DNA of 64,000 nucleotides from an uncultured Anaerolineales bacterium (GCA_964608265.1 CAZSNP010000016.1:5566-69565); one strand, 5' to 3'; shown: positions 9,587 to 19,838, numbered from the stretch's first letter. Numbers and translations: made by a program. The notes: a model not told the origin generated them from the letters alone.

Positions 9587-9862
9587 AGGGCCTCCAAGTA
9601 AACGGATTGTAGCCGCGACGGTCAAGCGTGCAACGAGCCGAAACTTATGACGGCCCGACCGGTCTAACGTGATACGCTACTGAACACAAGCGGAGGCGGA
9701 ACCGCTCTGGTGGGGGCGGCCGGGTGGATTGCGGCAAGGGGGAGTTGGTTGGGCGGCCCACAACGGTGGCCCAAGTTGGTTATACTGCCTCCCGCAATCG
9801 AACCAGCCGGTGTCAGGGCGAGTAACGAAACCAGCGGTCACTTCAATGCGTAAAGGGCAATT

Positions 9863-10579
9863 ATGGCCACTCAAAACCATCATCTCGTGCATGTGGACAA
9901 CGTCGTCAAAGACTTCCAGGGCCCGTCCGGCACGATTCACGTGCTCAAGAGCGTCAGCCTCACGGTGCAGCCGGGCGAATTCGTCGGCGTGCGCGGACCG
10001 AGCGGTTCGGGCAAATCAACGTTGGTGAACATGATCACCGGCATTGACCGCCCGACCGGCGGCAGCGTGCGGGTGGCGGGCGAGCCGCTGGAGAAGATGA
10101 ACGAAAACCAGTTGGCGCGTTTCCGCGGCAAGAAGATCGGCGTGATCTTTCAGTTCTTTCAACTCTTGCCCACGCTCACCATCGTCGAGAACGTCATCCT
10201 GCCGATGGACTTCTGCCGGATGTACAAGCCGAGGGAGCGCACCGAACGGGCGATGCTGCTGCTGGATCAGGTCGGGTTGGCCGATCAGGCGCACAAGTTG
10301 CCCAATACGCTCTCGGGTGGGCAGCAGCAGCGCGCCGCCATTGCCCGCGCCCTGGCCAACGACCCGCCGCTGCTGGTGGGCGACGAGCCGACGGGCAACC
10401 TCGATTCGAAGACGGCCGACAAAGTGTTCTCTCTCTTCGAGGATCTGGTGCAGCAGGGCAAGACCTTCATCATGGTCACCCACGACAACGACCTGGCCAG
10501 GCGCATGCCGCGGCTGGTACAAGTCTTCGACGGCGAGTTGTACGAGGGCATGGATGCGCACATTGCGGTCACGGCGTGA
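9863..10579 (+). CDS. ABC transporter ATP-binding protein (LolD/MacB type)
   Basis: Walker A GPSGSGKST, signature LSGGQQQR, Walker B LLVGDEP, H-loop VTHD. Confidence 0.95.
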   Translation: MATQNHHLVHVDNVVKDFQGPSGTIHVLKSVSLTVQPGEFVGVRGPSGSGKSTLVNMITGIDRPTGGSVRVAGEPLEKMNENQLARFRGKKIGVIFQFFQLLPTLTIVENVILPMDFCRMYKPRERTERAMLLLDQVGLADQAHKLPNTLSGGQQQRAAIARALANDPPLLVGDEPTGNLDSKTADKVFSLFEDLVQQGKTFIMVTHDNDLARRMPRLVQVFDGELYEGMDAHIAVTA

Positions 10580-10601
10580 TCATCAGCCGACACCTTACAC
10601 C

Positions 10602-13001
10602 ATGACCCCGCCCGTTAGTGTGGCTTTCAGAAAGGTGTGGCGTGACCTTTGGAACAACAAGGGTCGAACCACGCTCGTCGTCGCCAGCATCGCCACCGGC
10701 GTGCTGGCTTTGGGCATGATCACGGCCAGCAATGCGCTGATGACGCGGCAGATGACGCTCTCACAACTGGCCAGCCGGCCAGCGCATGTTTCGCTGGGCT
10801 TGCGCGGAACGGTGGACGATGCCGACGTCAAAAGCCTGGCGCGCCTGCCGCAGATCGAGGGCATTGAGGGTGAAGTGGAGGCCGGTATCCGCTGGAAGCC
10901 GACGCTGGAGGCCGAGTGGAGCAACGCCGGGTTGGTGGCCCGCGCCGATTACGAAGCGCAGCGATTCGACGTGGTCGAATTGCGCGGCGGTGTCTGGCCG
11001 CAGGGCGAGACGGTCGCGGTCGAGTTCAACCACGTCGCGCCCTACAACCTCCCGCCCATCGGTGGAACGGTGTACTTCGAGGTGAACGGGCGCGCCCGGC
11101 CGGTGCAGCTCGGCGGCACCGTCCGCGACCCGTTGCGCTTCCCGCCGCCGTTTGCCGACTCGCCGACCTTCTACGTCAGCCGCAACTTCATCCAGGAGTT
11201 GGCCGGCTTCCGCGACTTCAACCTGATCAAGTTCACCCTCCCCGACTACACCGAGGCGCGCGCCGAGGCGGCCGCCGACGTGGTCGAGGAACGGCTGATC
11301 AAGATGGGCCTGTCCGCCGGCGTGCCGCAGATCAATGATCCCAGCCGCCACTTCCTGCAAGACCTGATGGACGGCGTCGGGCTGATCCTGCTGGTGATGG
11401 CCGCGCTCTCGCTCGGCATGAGTGTTTTCCTCGTCGTCAACACCCTCAACGCCATCCTGGCTCAACAGATCCCGCAGATCGGCATCATGAAGACCGTCGG
11501 CGGGCTGCGTGGGCAGATCGCGCAACTGTATCTCGCGGGCGTCATCGTGTACTGCGCGCTGAGCCTGCTGGTGGCGGTGCCCGTGGGCGCGTTTGGCGGC
11601 AATGCGCTCGCCGGCTGGATGCTGAGCCTCATCAACGTGCCGGCCTCGCCGTTTGAGATCCTGCAGCAATCGCTTGGGCTGCAGTTGCTCACCGGTCTGA
11701 TCGTGCCGCTGCTGGCCGCCTCATGGCCGATTTTGCAGGGGGTCGCTGTCTCGGTGCGCGAGGCCCTCAACGCTTACGGCCTCGGCACCGGGCGCTACGG
11801 CAATCGCTGGGTGGATCGATTGCTCGGGCGGGTGCAGGGCCTGCCGGGCATGGCCGCGCTCGCGCTGCGCAATACCTTCCGGCGGCCCGGGCGCGCGGCG
11901 CTCACCCAGATCACCCTCATCAGCGCCGGCGCGATCTTCATGATGGTCGTCACCACGCACTATTCCTTCAACGAAACCCTCCACACCATCTTTCGCAGCC
12001 TGGGCTACGACGTCATCATCGGCTTTCAGCAGTTTCAACGCACCGAGGAAGTCGAGCCGCTGATCCGGGCGCGGCCCAATGTGGATTACGCCGAGATGTG
12101 GGTCTTCCGCAGCGCGGCGCTGAAGAAGGAAGGGGCCAGCGGGCCGGGCAGCGACCACGTCGTCTTTCTGCGCGGCATCCCGGAGGCGGCGCAACTGTTC
12201 GCGCCCGAGATCGTGGCCGGGCGCAACCTCACGCCGCAGGATGGGCAGGCGCTGATGCTCAATCAGAAGCTGGCGCGCGAGATGGGCGTGACCGTCGGCG
12301 ACCGCGTGGTGCTCGACCTCGACGACCGCGGCGAGAGCACGTGGACGGTGGTGGCCCTGCTCTTCGACCTGAGCGCGAACCAGACGACGGCCTATGTGTC
12401 GATTGACAAACTCAACGAACACATCGGCGCGGTCGGGCTGGCCGGCATCGCGTGGATACGACTGAACGAGTCCACGCGCGAGACGCAGGCGGCAGCGGAG
12501 CGTGACATGCGCGATTACTTCAAAACGCAGGGGATGGAGCTGGGCTTCACCAATTCGGCCATCAAAGATCAGGAGCAATCCAACGCGCAGTTCAGTATCC
12601 TCACCACGTTGCTGCTCATCATGACTTTCCTGATCGCCGTCGTCGGCAGCATCGGGCTGAGCGGCACACTCTCGATCAACGTGCTCGAACGCCGCCGCGA
12701 GATCGGGGTGATGCGAGCGGTCGGGGCATCGTCGCTCGATGTGGCCCTGATCTTCATGGGCGAGGGCTTGCTGCTCGGGTTGTGCAGTTGGGCGGTGGCC
12801 GTGCCGATCAGCGCCGTGGCCGGGCGGGCCTTTGTGCAAACCATCGGCGATGTGATAGATTTCCCGGCCCAGTACTACTTTTCCTTTGCCGGGGTGTGGA
12901 TTTGGCTGGCGATCGTGATCACGCTTGCGCTGGTCGCCAGTTGGCTGCCCGCGCGCCGCGCGACGCAGATCAGCGTTCGAGAGAGCCTGGCATACGAATA
13001 A
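10602..13001 (+). CDS. ABC transporter permease (FtsX/MacB type, duplicated)
   Basis: KVWRDLW..KGRT N-terminus, two permease repeats, LERRREIGVMRAVGA. The start is the ATG at 10602, not the ORF-track start at 10317. Confidence 0.92.
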   Translation: MTPPVSVAFRKVWRDLWNNKGRTTLVVASIATGVLALGMITASNALMTRQMTLSQLASRPAHVSLGLRGTVDDADVKSLARLPQIEGIEGEVEAGIRWKPTLEAEWSNAGLVARADYEAQRFDVVELRGGVWPQGETVAVEFNHVAPYNLPPIGGTVYFEVNGRARPVQLGGTVRDPLRFPPPFADSPTFYVSRNFIQELAGFRDFNLIKFTLPDYTEARAEAAADVVEERLIKMGLSAGVPQINDPSRHFLQDLMDGVGLILLVMAALSLGMSVFLVVNTLNAILAQQIPQIGIMKTVGGLRGQIAQLYLAGVIVYCALSLLVAVPVGAFGGNALAGWMLSLINVPASPFEILQQSLGLQLLTGLIVPLLAASWPILQGVAVSVREALNAYGLGTGRYGNRWVDRLLGRVQGLPGMAALALRNTFRRPGRAALTQITLISAGAIFMMVVTTHYSFNETLHTIFRSLGYDVIIGFQQFQRTEEVEPLIRARPNVDYAEMWVFRSAALKKEGASGPGSDHVVFLRGIPEAAQLFAPEIVAGRNLTPQDGQALMLNQKLAREMGVTVGDRVVLDLDDRGESTWTVVALLFDLSANQTTAYVSIDKLNEHIGAVGLAGIAWIRLNESTRETQAAAERDMRDYFKTQGMELGFTNSAIKDQEQSNAQFSILTTLLLIMTFLIAVVGSIGLSGTLSINVLERRREIGVMRAVGASSLDVALIFMGEGLLLGLCSWAVAVPISAVAGRAFVQTIGDVIDFPAQYYFSFAGVWIWLAIVITLALVASWLPARRATQISVRESLAYE

Positions 13002-13068
13002 TTCGTAGCGCGCCGGACGCAGGGCGTGCCGCATCACGCACTGCGCACCACGCCATACGCGCATCACC

Positions 13069-14415
13069 ATGAAAAAGAGACTTCTTCCGATTGTGTTTCT
13101 CGCCGCGTTGCTCACCGCCTGTGGCACGGCCGCCTCCACCGCCGCCCCCGAGTCCGACATCCCGCCGGTGGTGGATTCGGGCCGGGTGATCGCCGAAGGG
13201 CGGCTGGAGCCGGGCAGCCATGTGCAGGTCTCGTTCCTGGCCGGCGGGCAGGTGGCCGAGGTGCTGGTGAAGGAGGGCGACACGGTGCAGGCCGGCGCCG
13301 TGCTGGCGCGGCTGGAAAATCGCGAGCCGCTGCAGGCCCAGCTCGCACAGGCCGAGCAGGCGGTGCTCGACGCGCGCCAGGCCATTCAATCCCTGAACGA
13401 CAACGCCGCCCTGGCCGCTGCCCAGGCGCAGCGCGAGGCGGCCCAGGGCGTCGCTGATCTGGAGAAGGCCGAGCGCAAACTCAAATACACCGCCGCCCCC
13501 GATATCAAGTTCTACGAAGATGAGTTGAAGAAGGCGCAGGACGCGCTGGCGACGGCGCAAGAGAACGCCACCATCACTGCCATCGGCGATATCGAGAACG
13601 CGCTGGCCGGCGCGCGTGACCGGCTCCAGAAGGCGACCGATATCTACAACGATGCGCAGAAGGCGCAAGCGGAGTGTACGGGGTGCGAGTTTGTGTATGC
13701 GCCGGCAGCCGGCACCTTCGTGAAGTTGGACGATGCGCGCAAGGAATTCGTGGACGCCACCGACGCGGTGAAGGTGTGGGAGTTGCGTCTGGCGCAGGCG
13801 CAACGCGGCGACGCGCAGACGGTCGCCGACCTGAAGAAGCGTGTGGATACCGCGGCCGCCAATCTGCGCGATGCCCGGAACCCGAAGGCGCAGGACATCT
13901 CGCTGGCCGAGGCCGAGGTCCAGCTCATCCAGGCGCGGATCGACGACGCCAACCGCCGTTACGAGAAGTTGCAGGCCGGCCCCGACCCCGACCAACTCGC
14001 GGCCGCCGAGGCGCGACTCAAGACCGCGCAAGCTAATCTCGACTCGGCCAAAGCCGCGCTCGACAACACCGAACTGCGCGCGCCCATCGCCGGCACGGTG
14101 GCCGATTTCAAACTTAAGGTCGGCGAGCAGGCGGCGCCGGGCGTGCCGGTGGCCACCCTGGCCGAGTTTGCGCAGTGGGTGGTGAAGACCAACAACCTCA
14201 CCGAGATCGAAGTGGTGAAGATCAAAGTTGGCCAGGCCGCTGAGGTCGTGCTCGACGCGCTGCCCGAGGTGACGCTCAGGGGCACGGTGCAATCCATCGC
14301 TACCGTCTTTGTCGAGAGCCGGGGCGATGTGACCTACACCGTCACCATCGCCCTCGACAGCCTCGACCCGCGCGCCCGCTGGGGGATGACGGCCCAGGTC
14401 ACGCTCGCGCCGTAA
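13069..14415 (+). CDS. HlyD/MacA-family periplasmic adaptor (membrane fusion) lipoprotein
   Basis: Lipobox LLTAC, lipoyl half-motifs (EVLVKEGDTVQAGAVLARL and LRAPIAGTV), long helical hairpin, C-terminal WGMTAQV. Confidence 0.92.
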   Translation: MKKRLLPIVFLAALLTACGTAASTAAPESDIPPVVDSGRVIAEGRLEPGSHVQVSFLAGGQVAEVLVKEGDTVQAGAVLARLENREPLQAQLAQAEQAVLDARQAIQSLNDNAALAAAQAQREAAQGVADLEKAERKLKYTAAPDIKFYEDELKKAQDALATAQENATITAIGDIENALAGARDRLQKATDIYNDAQKAQAECTGCEFVYAPAAGTFVKLDDARKEFVDATDAVKVWELRLAQAQRGDAQTVADLKKRVDTAAANLRDARNPKAQDISLAEAEVQLIQARIDDANRRYEKLQAGPDPDQLAAAEARLKTAQANLDSAKAALDNTELRAPIAGTVADFKLKVGEQAAPGVPVATLAEFAQWVVKTNNLTEIEVVKIKVGQAAEVVLDALPEVTLRGTVQSIATVFVESRGDVTYTVTIALDSLDPRARWGMTAQVTLAP

Positions 14416-14425
14416 CCCGCTCGAC

Positions 14426-14457
14426 AGACCCTGAAGGTTCGAAGACCTTCAGGGTCT
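14426..14457. repeat. REP-like palindrome (13-bp stem); may also act as a terminator
   Basis: AGACCCTGAAGGT-TCGAAG-ACCTTCAGGGTCT. Shares 17 of 18 nt with the element at 34089-34128 on the opposite strand. Confidence 0.8.
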
Positions 14458-14532
14458 ATTTGTTTACAACCCCGTTACATCTTCAACACCCGCACATGAC
14501 ACCTCGCCGCGACGATAGCGCCGAGGTGATTC

Positions 14533-16059
14533 ATGCCCCGCACACTCTCGCGCCGTGATGTCCTGAAAGCCTCCGGCCTGGCCGCAACGATGGCGGCGCT
14601 GGCCGCCTGCGACCCGCGCAAAACCAGCGCGCCCACCGCCCCCCCGACACAGGCTCCCCCGGGGACGCCGGTTGCCGTTGCCCCTCCGGCCTCCTCCGGG
14701 GAGCCGCGCGCCGTTTCGCTCGCCCACGCGCTGCGCCGCCTGACCTTCGGACCCACACCCGCGATGCGGCAGCACGCCGAGGCCATCGGCCTCGAAGCCT
14801 GGCTCAGCGAGCAGTTTGACCCGACCATCACCGAGAACGCCGCCGTCACCAGCCGGCTGGCCTCATTCACGACGTTGACGATGTCGGTGGCCGAGCGTGT
14901 CGAGGCCGGAGGCCTGGCCGTGCAGGAGTTGATCGGCGCGACGCTCGCCCGCCAGCGTTTCAGCGACCGGCAGGTGTACGAGATGCTGGTGGATTTCTGG
15001 TCGAACCACTTCAGCATCTACGCCGGTCTGCGCACGACGCGCTACACCAAAACCGACGACGACCTGCATGCGCTGAGGCCCAACGCGCTCGGCACCTTTC
15101 GCGATTTGCTGTGGGCCTCGGCGCACAGCCCGGCCATGCTCGCCTATCTCGATCAGGCCACAAGCACCAGGGAAGCGCCGAACGAAAACTACGCCCGCGA
15201 GTTGCTCGAACTCCATACGGTAGGGGTGGAGGGGGGATACACACAGCGCGATGTGGAAGCCGTGGCCCGCGCGCTTACCGGGTGGAGCCTCGTCGGGCCA
15301 CGTGAGCGGCGGTCCGGCAATGAGCCGGGCACGTACATCTTCCGGCCGGACACTCACGACGACGGCGCGAAGCAGGTGATGGAGCTGGCGCTACCGGCGG
15401 GCGGCGGCAAGGGCGATGGTGAGCGCCTCATCGAGTATCTCGCCGCGCACCCGAGCACGGCGCGCTTCGTCGCCACCAAACTCGCGCGCCGCTTCGTGGC
15501 GGACTTTCCGCCGCCGGCGCTCATCGAAAAACTGGCCGCCGCCTTTCAAGACTCGCGCGGCGATGTGCCGATGTTGATGCGGACACTGGTCCTCTCGGAG
15601 GAGTTCGCGGCCTCGGCGTGGCAAAAACTCAAACGCCCGCTCGAGTTCGTCATCTCCGCGCTGCGCGTCACCGAGGCCGAGATCGCACAGCCGCGCCCGC
15701 TGGTCGAAACGCTGCGCGCGCTCGGGCAGATCCCGTTCAACTGGCCCGCGCCCAACGGCTACCCCGATGTGGCCGGATACTGGCTCAACACCAGCGGCCT
15801 GCTCGCGCGCTGGAACTTCGCCCTCACCCTGGCCGCCGGCAAATACAAGGGCGCGCAGCTCAATCTCAAAGCCCTCACCCGAGAGGCCGGCTCGGCGGCG
15901 GACGTCGTGGCCGTGCTCGGCGAGCGCTTCACCGGCGAGCCGCTGCCCGCCGCGGCGCGCGACATCCTGATTGATTTCGCGTCAGCCGACTCGCTCGAGA
16001 AGCGGCTGCCGCTCGTCGCGGGCCTGATCCTCGGTTCACCGTATTTCCAATGGCGATAA
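14533..16059 (+). CDS. DUF1800-family protein, Tat-exported
   Basis: Tat motif SRRDVLK; FWSNHFS, SPAMLAYLD, NENYARELLELHT.G, YTQRDV. Confidence 0.92.
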   Translation: MPRTLSRRDVLKASGLAATMAALAACDPRKTSAPTAPPTQAPPGTPVAVAPPASSGEPRAVSLAHALRRLTFGPTPAMRQHAEAIGLEAWLSEQFDPTITENAAVTSRLASFTTLTMSVAERVEAGGLAVQELIGATLARQRFSDRQVYEMLVDFWSNHFSIYAGLRTTRYTKTDDDLHALRPNALGTFRDLLWASAHSPAMLAYLDQATSTREAPNENYARELLELHTVGVEGGYTQRDVEAVARALTGWSLVGPRERRSGNEPGTYIFRPDTHDDGAKQVMELALPAGGGKGDGERLIEYLAAHPSTARFVATKLARRFVADFPPPALIEKLAAAFQDSRGDVPMLMRTLVLSEEFAASAWQKLKRPLEFVISALRVTEAEIAQPRPLVETLRALGQIPFNWPAPNGYPDVAGYWLNTSGLLARWNFALTLAAGKYKGAQLNLKALTREAGSAADVVAVLGERFTGEPLPAAARDILIDFASADSLEKRLPLVAGLILGSPYFQWR

Positions 16060-16098
16060 AGGCGTCTCCGTGGCAAATGAATTCGAAGGAGAGTAGAC

Positions 16099-17376
16099 AT
16101 GGCGTTTGATCTATCGCGTCGGGATTTTTTGAAACTGGCTTCGGCGGGGCTAACAAGTTGGGCCCTGGCCCCGGCCTTGCCGGCGTGGATGCCGCGCCTC
16201 GCCTTCGCCGCCGAGAACGTCGAGCCGCAGGGCGATGTGCTGGTGTGCGTCTTTCAACGCGGCGGCATGGATGGGTTGAACGCCGTCATCCCGCACGGCG
16301 AGGCCGAATACTATCGCCGCCGGCCCATGCTGGCCGTGCCCGAGCCGAAGTCGGGTGATGACGGCACGGGCATTGACCTCGACGGTTTCTTCGGCCTGCA
16401 CCCCGCGCTGCGCCCACTCAAGGATTTGTGGGATGAGAAGGCCCTCGCCATCGTGCACGCCACCGGCTCGCCCGACCCCACCCACTCGCATTTCGATGCG
16501 ATGGATTACATGGAGCGCGGCACGCCCGGCGAGAAGAGCATCCCCACCGGCTGGATCGGTCGCCATCTGCAAACGGCCCCCTGGCAGAACGAGTCGCCCT
16601 TCCGCGCGGTCGGCATGGGCGGCGCGGCGCAGGCCTCGCTGCGCGGGCCGGTGCCGGTGACGGTGCTCAAATCCATCGCCGATTTTCACCTCGCCGGCCG
16701 CACGCAAGACCTGGCCGAGATTCAACAAACACTCACCGCGCTGTACACGTTGAACCCATCGCTCACCGGCCCGGCCGATTCCACTTTCGACGCGATTGAG
16801 ATTTTGGAGAAGGTGGATGTGACGAACTACACGCCCGCCGCGAACGCGCAGTATCCCGAGGGCGATTTCGGTTTGGCGTTGAGGCAGGTGGCGCAGTTGG
16901 CCAAGGCCGAGGTCGGCCTGGAGGTGGCGTGTTTGGATATCGGCGGGTGGGACACACACGCCGCGCAGGGTGGGGTGAAGGGCGAGTTGCCGGGCCTGCT
17001 CGCGCAACTGGCCGGCGGGCTGGCGGCGCTGTATCACGACCTCGGTGACCGGGCCAAACGGGTGACGATTGTGACCATGAGCGAGTTCGGGCGGCGCGTG
17101 CCGGAGAACGGTAGCGCCGGCACCGATCACGGCCACGGCAACTCGATGTTTGTGCTTGGCGGCGGCGTGAACGGGGGCAAGGTTTACGGCGAGTGGCCCA
17201 CCCTGGCGCCGGAGGCTTTGGCCGACCCCGGCGACCTCGCCATCACCACCGACTTCCGCGATGTGCTCGGCGAGATCGTGCAGAAGCGCCTCGCCAACCC
17301 CAAACTGGCCGAGGTCTTTCCCGGTTACACGGATTGGAAGATGCGCGGGGTGGTGCGGGACAATGCAACTGCCTAA
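16099..17376 (+). CDS. DUF1501-family protein, Tat-exported
   Basis: Tat motif SRRDFLK; RGGMDGLN, RSHF-like HSHFDAM, GGWDTH, SEFGRR..ENGS.GTDHGHG, TTDFRDV. Confidence 0.92.
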   Translation: MAFDLSRRDFLKLASAGLTSWALAPALPAWMPRLAFAAENVEPQGDVLVCVFQRGGMDGLNAVIPHGEAEYYRRRPMLAVPEPKSGDDGTGIDLDGFFGLHPALRPLKDLWDEKALAIVHATGSPDPTHSHFDAMDYMERGTPGEKSIPTGWIGRHLQTAPWQNESPFRAVGMGGAAQASLRGPVPVTVLKSIADFHLAGRTQDLAEIQQTLTALYTLNPSLTGPADSTFDAIEILEKVDVTNYTPAANAQYPEGDFGLALRQVAQLAKAEVGLEVACLDIGGWDTHAAQGGVKGELPGLLAQLAGGLAALYHDLGDRAKRVTIVTMSEFGRRVPENGSAGTDHGHGNSMFVLGGGVNGGKVYGEWPTLAPEALADPGDLAITTDFRDVLGEIVQKRLANPKLAEVFPGYTDWKMRGVVRDNATA

Positions 17377-17448
17377 CGCAAAGTCGCTATGGAGCCGGGG
17401 CGCAAAGGAGTGCGCCCCCGTGCGTCTTTGCACGCAGGCGGCTTTGCG
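17377..17448. repeat. CGCAAAG-type nested palindromic repeat
   Basis: CGCAAAGTCGC...GCGGCTTTGCG outer stem enclosing GGGGCGCA/TGCGCCCC. A related sequence lies at about 3898-3953. Confidence 0.6.
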
Positions 17449-17465
17449 CTGAAAACGCCCGAAAG

Positions 17466-17495
17466 AAAAAGAGCCTCTGCAACGGGCAGAGGCTC
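17466..17495 (-). terminator. Intrinsic terminator of glgP
   Basis: 10-bp stem GAGCCTCTGC/GCAGAGGCTC with an A-tract at 17466-17470 (U-tract on the minus strand), 5 nt after the glgP stop. Confidence 0.85.
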
Positions 17496-17500
17496 TCGGT

Positions 17501-19687
17501 TTACTTCCTCCCGTTGGCGCTCACCGCCGGCGGGAAGTACATCTCCTCGACGTACTGCTTGACCATGCGCCGCATGCTGAACTGCGGGGCGAGGGTGGAG
17601 ACGCACTCCTTGATGCGCCGGATCCAGCCGGCGGAGATGGTGTTCGAGTCGCCGTAGTACAGCGGCACGATCTGATTCTCGAGCACATCATACAGGCTGG
17701 CGGCGTCCTTGGCATCCTGCGCAGCGTGATCGGCCAGTTCACTCTCATCGCCGATGGCCCAGCCGTTCTCGCCGTTGTAGCCCTCCTGCCACCAGCCGTC
17801 GAGGATCGAGAAATTCAGCACACCGTTGAGCGAGGCCTTCATCCCGCTCGTGCCGCTGGCCTCCAGCGGGCGGCGCGGATTGTTCATCCACACATCCACC
17901 CCCTGCACCAGATGGCGGGCGAGGTTGATATCGTAGTCCTCGAGGAAAGCCACGCGGCCGGCGAACTCGGCGCGCTTCAATTGCCGATAGACCTCCTGGA
18001 TTACCTTCTTGCCGGGCTCGTCCATCGGGTGCGCCTTGCCGGCGAAGATGATCTGCACCGGCATCTGCGGATTGTTGACGATGCGAAGCAGCCGATCCAC
18101 ATCGCGCATCACCAGCGAGCCGCGTTTGTACGTCGAGAAGCGGCGCGCAAAACCGATGGTGAGTTTGTAGGGGTCGAGCAGTGTGCCGGCCGCCACGATC
18201 TGCACCGGATGGCGACCGAGCGCCACCCATTGCTGCCGGGCGCGGTCACGGATGTGGGCCATCAACTTGCGTTTGAGGTGGAGGCGCGCCGCGCGGATTT
18301 CCTCATCCGGTGCGGCCAGCAATGCCTGCCATGTCTCCGGGTCGTCGAGGTTCTCCATCCAGTCCGGCCCGAGGTAGCGGTCGTAGAGCAAACGCATGCG
18401 GCGCGCCAGCCAGGTGCCGGTGTGCACGCCGTTGGTGATGGCTCCAATCGGCACCCGCTCCATGGGCGTATCCGGGTAGAGGAACTTCCACATGCTGCGG
18501 CTCACCTGACCGTGCAACTCGCTCACCCCGTTGCTGTGGCGCGACATCCGCAGCGCCAGCACCGACATGCCGAAGGAGGCGCCCCACGATTGCTGCATCC
18601 GCGCCAAATCAATCAGCCCCTCGCGCGTCAGGCCCATGGCCGGCCAGTATTGATGGAAGTAACGATCCATCATCCAATCGGGGAACTCCTCGTTGCCCGC
18701 CGGCACCGGGGTGTGAGTGGTGAAGACGGTGCACGCCCGCACCTCGGCCATCGCCGTCTGGAAATCCTTGCCCGGCGACTGGCCATCGCCGACCACCAGT
18801 TCGCGGATGCACTCAAAGGTCAGGAAGGCGGAGTGGCCCTCGTTCATGTGCCACACCGTCGGGTGCAGGTTGAGCACGCGCAGGGCGCGCACGCCGCCGA
18901 TGCCGAGCACGATCTCCTGGCAGATGCGCGTGTCTTTGTCGCCGCCATACAGCCGCGCCGTCAGGTCGCGATCGGCCGCGGCGTTCTGGGTGATGTCGCT
19001 GTCCAGCAAAATCAACGGGATGCGGCCAACCTGAATCTTCCACAGCCGCACCCACAACCTCCGCTCGGGCAGTTCCACCGACACCATCACCGGTTGGCCG
19101 TCGGCGTCGAGCAGCGGGATGATGGGCAGATCGTCGAACGAGTAGCGGATGTAGCCCGCCTCCTGCCAGCCATCCTCGGTAATGCGTTGCGAGAAGTAGC
19201 CCTGGTTGTAATACAGACCGACGCCGACAAACGGCAGATCGAGATCGGAGGCTTCTTTGGCGTGATCGCCCGAGAGCACGCCGAGGCCGCCCGAATAGGT
19301 GGGGAAGCTCTCGTGCAGCCCGAACTCGGTGGAGAAGTAGGCGATCAATTCGTCTTTGCGGCCGGGATAGGTGCGGGCGAACCAGGTCTGATCATCGCGC
19401 ATGTAGGCATCGAAGCCGGCGATGATCCGGTCGTACAACTCAAGGAACGCGGGGTCCTGCAGCGCGCCATTCAGCTCTTTGCGTTTGACGCGCTTGAGGA
19501 ATTTGATCGGGTTGTGGCTGCACTCCGTCCACAGTTGCCGATCAATCGATTCGAACATCTCGCTGGCGTCCGAGTTCCAGGTCCACCACAGGTTATAGGC
19601 CAGATCGATCAGGCGATTGATGCGTTTGGGAAGGCTGACGCCGCTCAACATCGCCGGCGTCGAGGCAGCAGGCTCAACAGACAACAT
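17501..19687 (-). CDS. glgP: Alpha-glucan (glycogen) phosphorylase
   Basis: AYFSTEFG, YSGGLGVLSGDH, HMNEGH, TNGVH, GFARRFSTYKR, PLP-binding EASGTSGMK. Confidence 0.96.
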   Translation of the reverse strand: MLSVEPAASTPAMLSGVSLPKRINRLIDLAYNLWWTWNSDASEMFESIDRQLWTECSHNPIKFLKRVKRKELNGALQDPAFLELYDRIIAGFDAYMRDDQTWFARTYPGRKDELIAYFSTEFGLHESFPTYSGGLGVLSGDHAKEASDLDLPFVGVGLYYNQGYFSQRITEDGWQEAGYIRYSFDDLPIIPLLDADGQPVMVSVELPERRLWVRLWKIQVGRIPLILLDSDITQNAAADRDLTARLYGGDKDTRICQEIVLGIGGVRALRVLNLHPTVWHMNEGHSAFLTFECIRELVVGDGQSPGKDFQTAMAEVRACTVFTTHTPVPAGNEEFPDWMMDRYFHQYWPAMGLTREGLIDLARMQQSWGASFGMSVLALRMSRHSNGVSELHGQVSRSMWKFLYPDTPMERVPIGAITNGVHTGTWLARRMRLLYDRYLGPDWMENLDDPETWQALLAAPDEEIRAARLHLKRKLMAHIRDRARQQWVALGRHPVQIVAAGTLLDPYKLTIGFARRFSTYKRGSLVMRDVDRLLRIVNNPQMPVQIIFAGKAHPMDEPGKKVIQEVYRQLKRAEFAGRVAFLEDYDINLARHLVQGVDVWMNNPRRPLEASGTSGMKASLNGVLNFSILDGWWQEGYNGENGWAIGDESELADHAAQDAKDAASLYDVLENQIVPLYYGDSNTISAGWIRRIKECVSTLAPQFSMRRMVKQYVEEMYFPPAVSANGRK

Positions 19688-19838
19688 GTTGGGTTATCTC
19701 CTGGTGGAACCGCTTGCAAAAAAAGCGCCGCGACTATACCACAGCGCGAGGGCGCGGGTAAACCAGGAAAATAGGGTATAAGGTTTCAACATTGCCCATT
19801 TGAAATTATGACGATACACTGTGATGACAATCCGCGTT

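Noticed and set aside
9660-9860. Possible structured RNA or small ORF between the debranching gene and the ABC operon (GATTGCGG/CCGCAATC, TTGGGC/GCCCAA)
   Set aside because: The stems are short for this GC content and overlap a plausible TATACT -10 element; no known motif is recognisable.
17726-19774. Very long opposite-strand ORFs (also 20611-22233, 43742-46144, 50629-52545, 52699-54738, 55574-58393, 62439-63998 and many shorter ones)
   Set aside because: Each is the antisense shadow of a well-supported gene. Stop codons are rare in high-GC DNA with strong codon bias, and the translations have no recognisable motifs.
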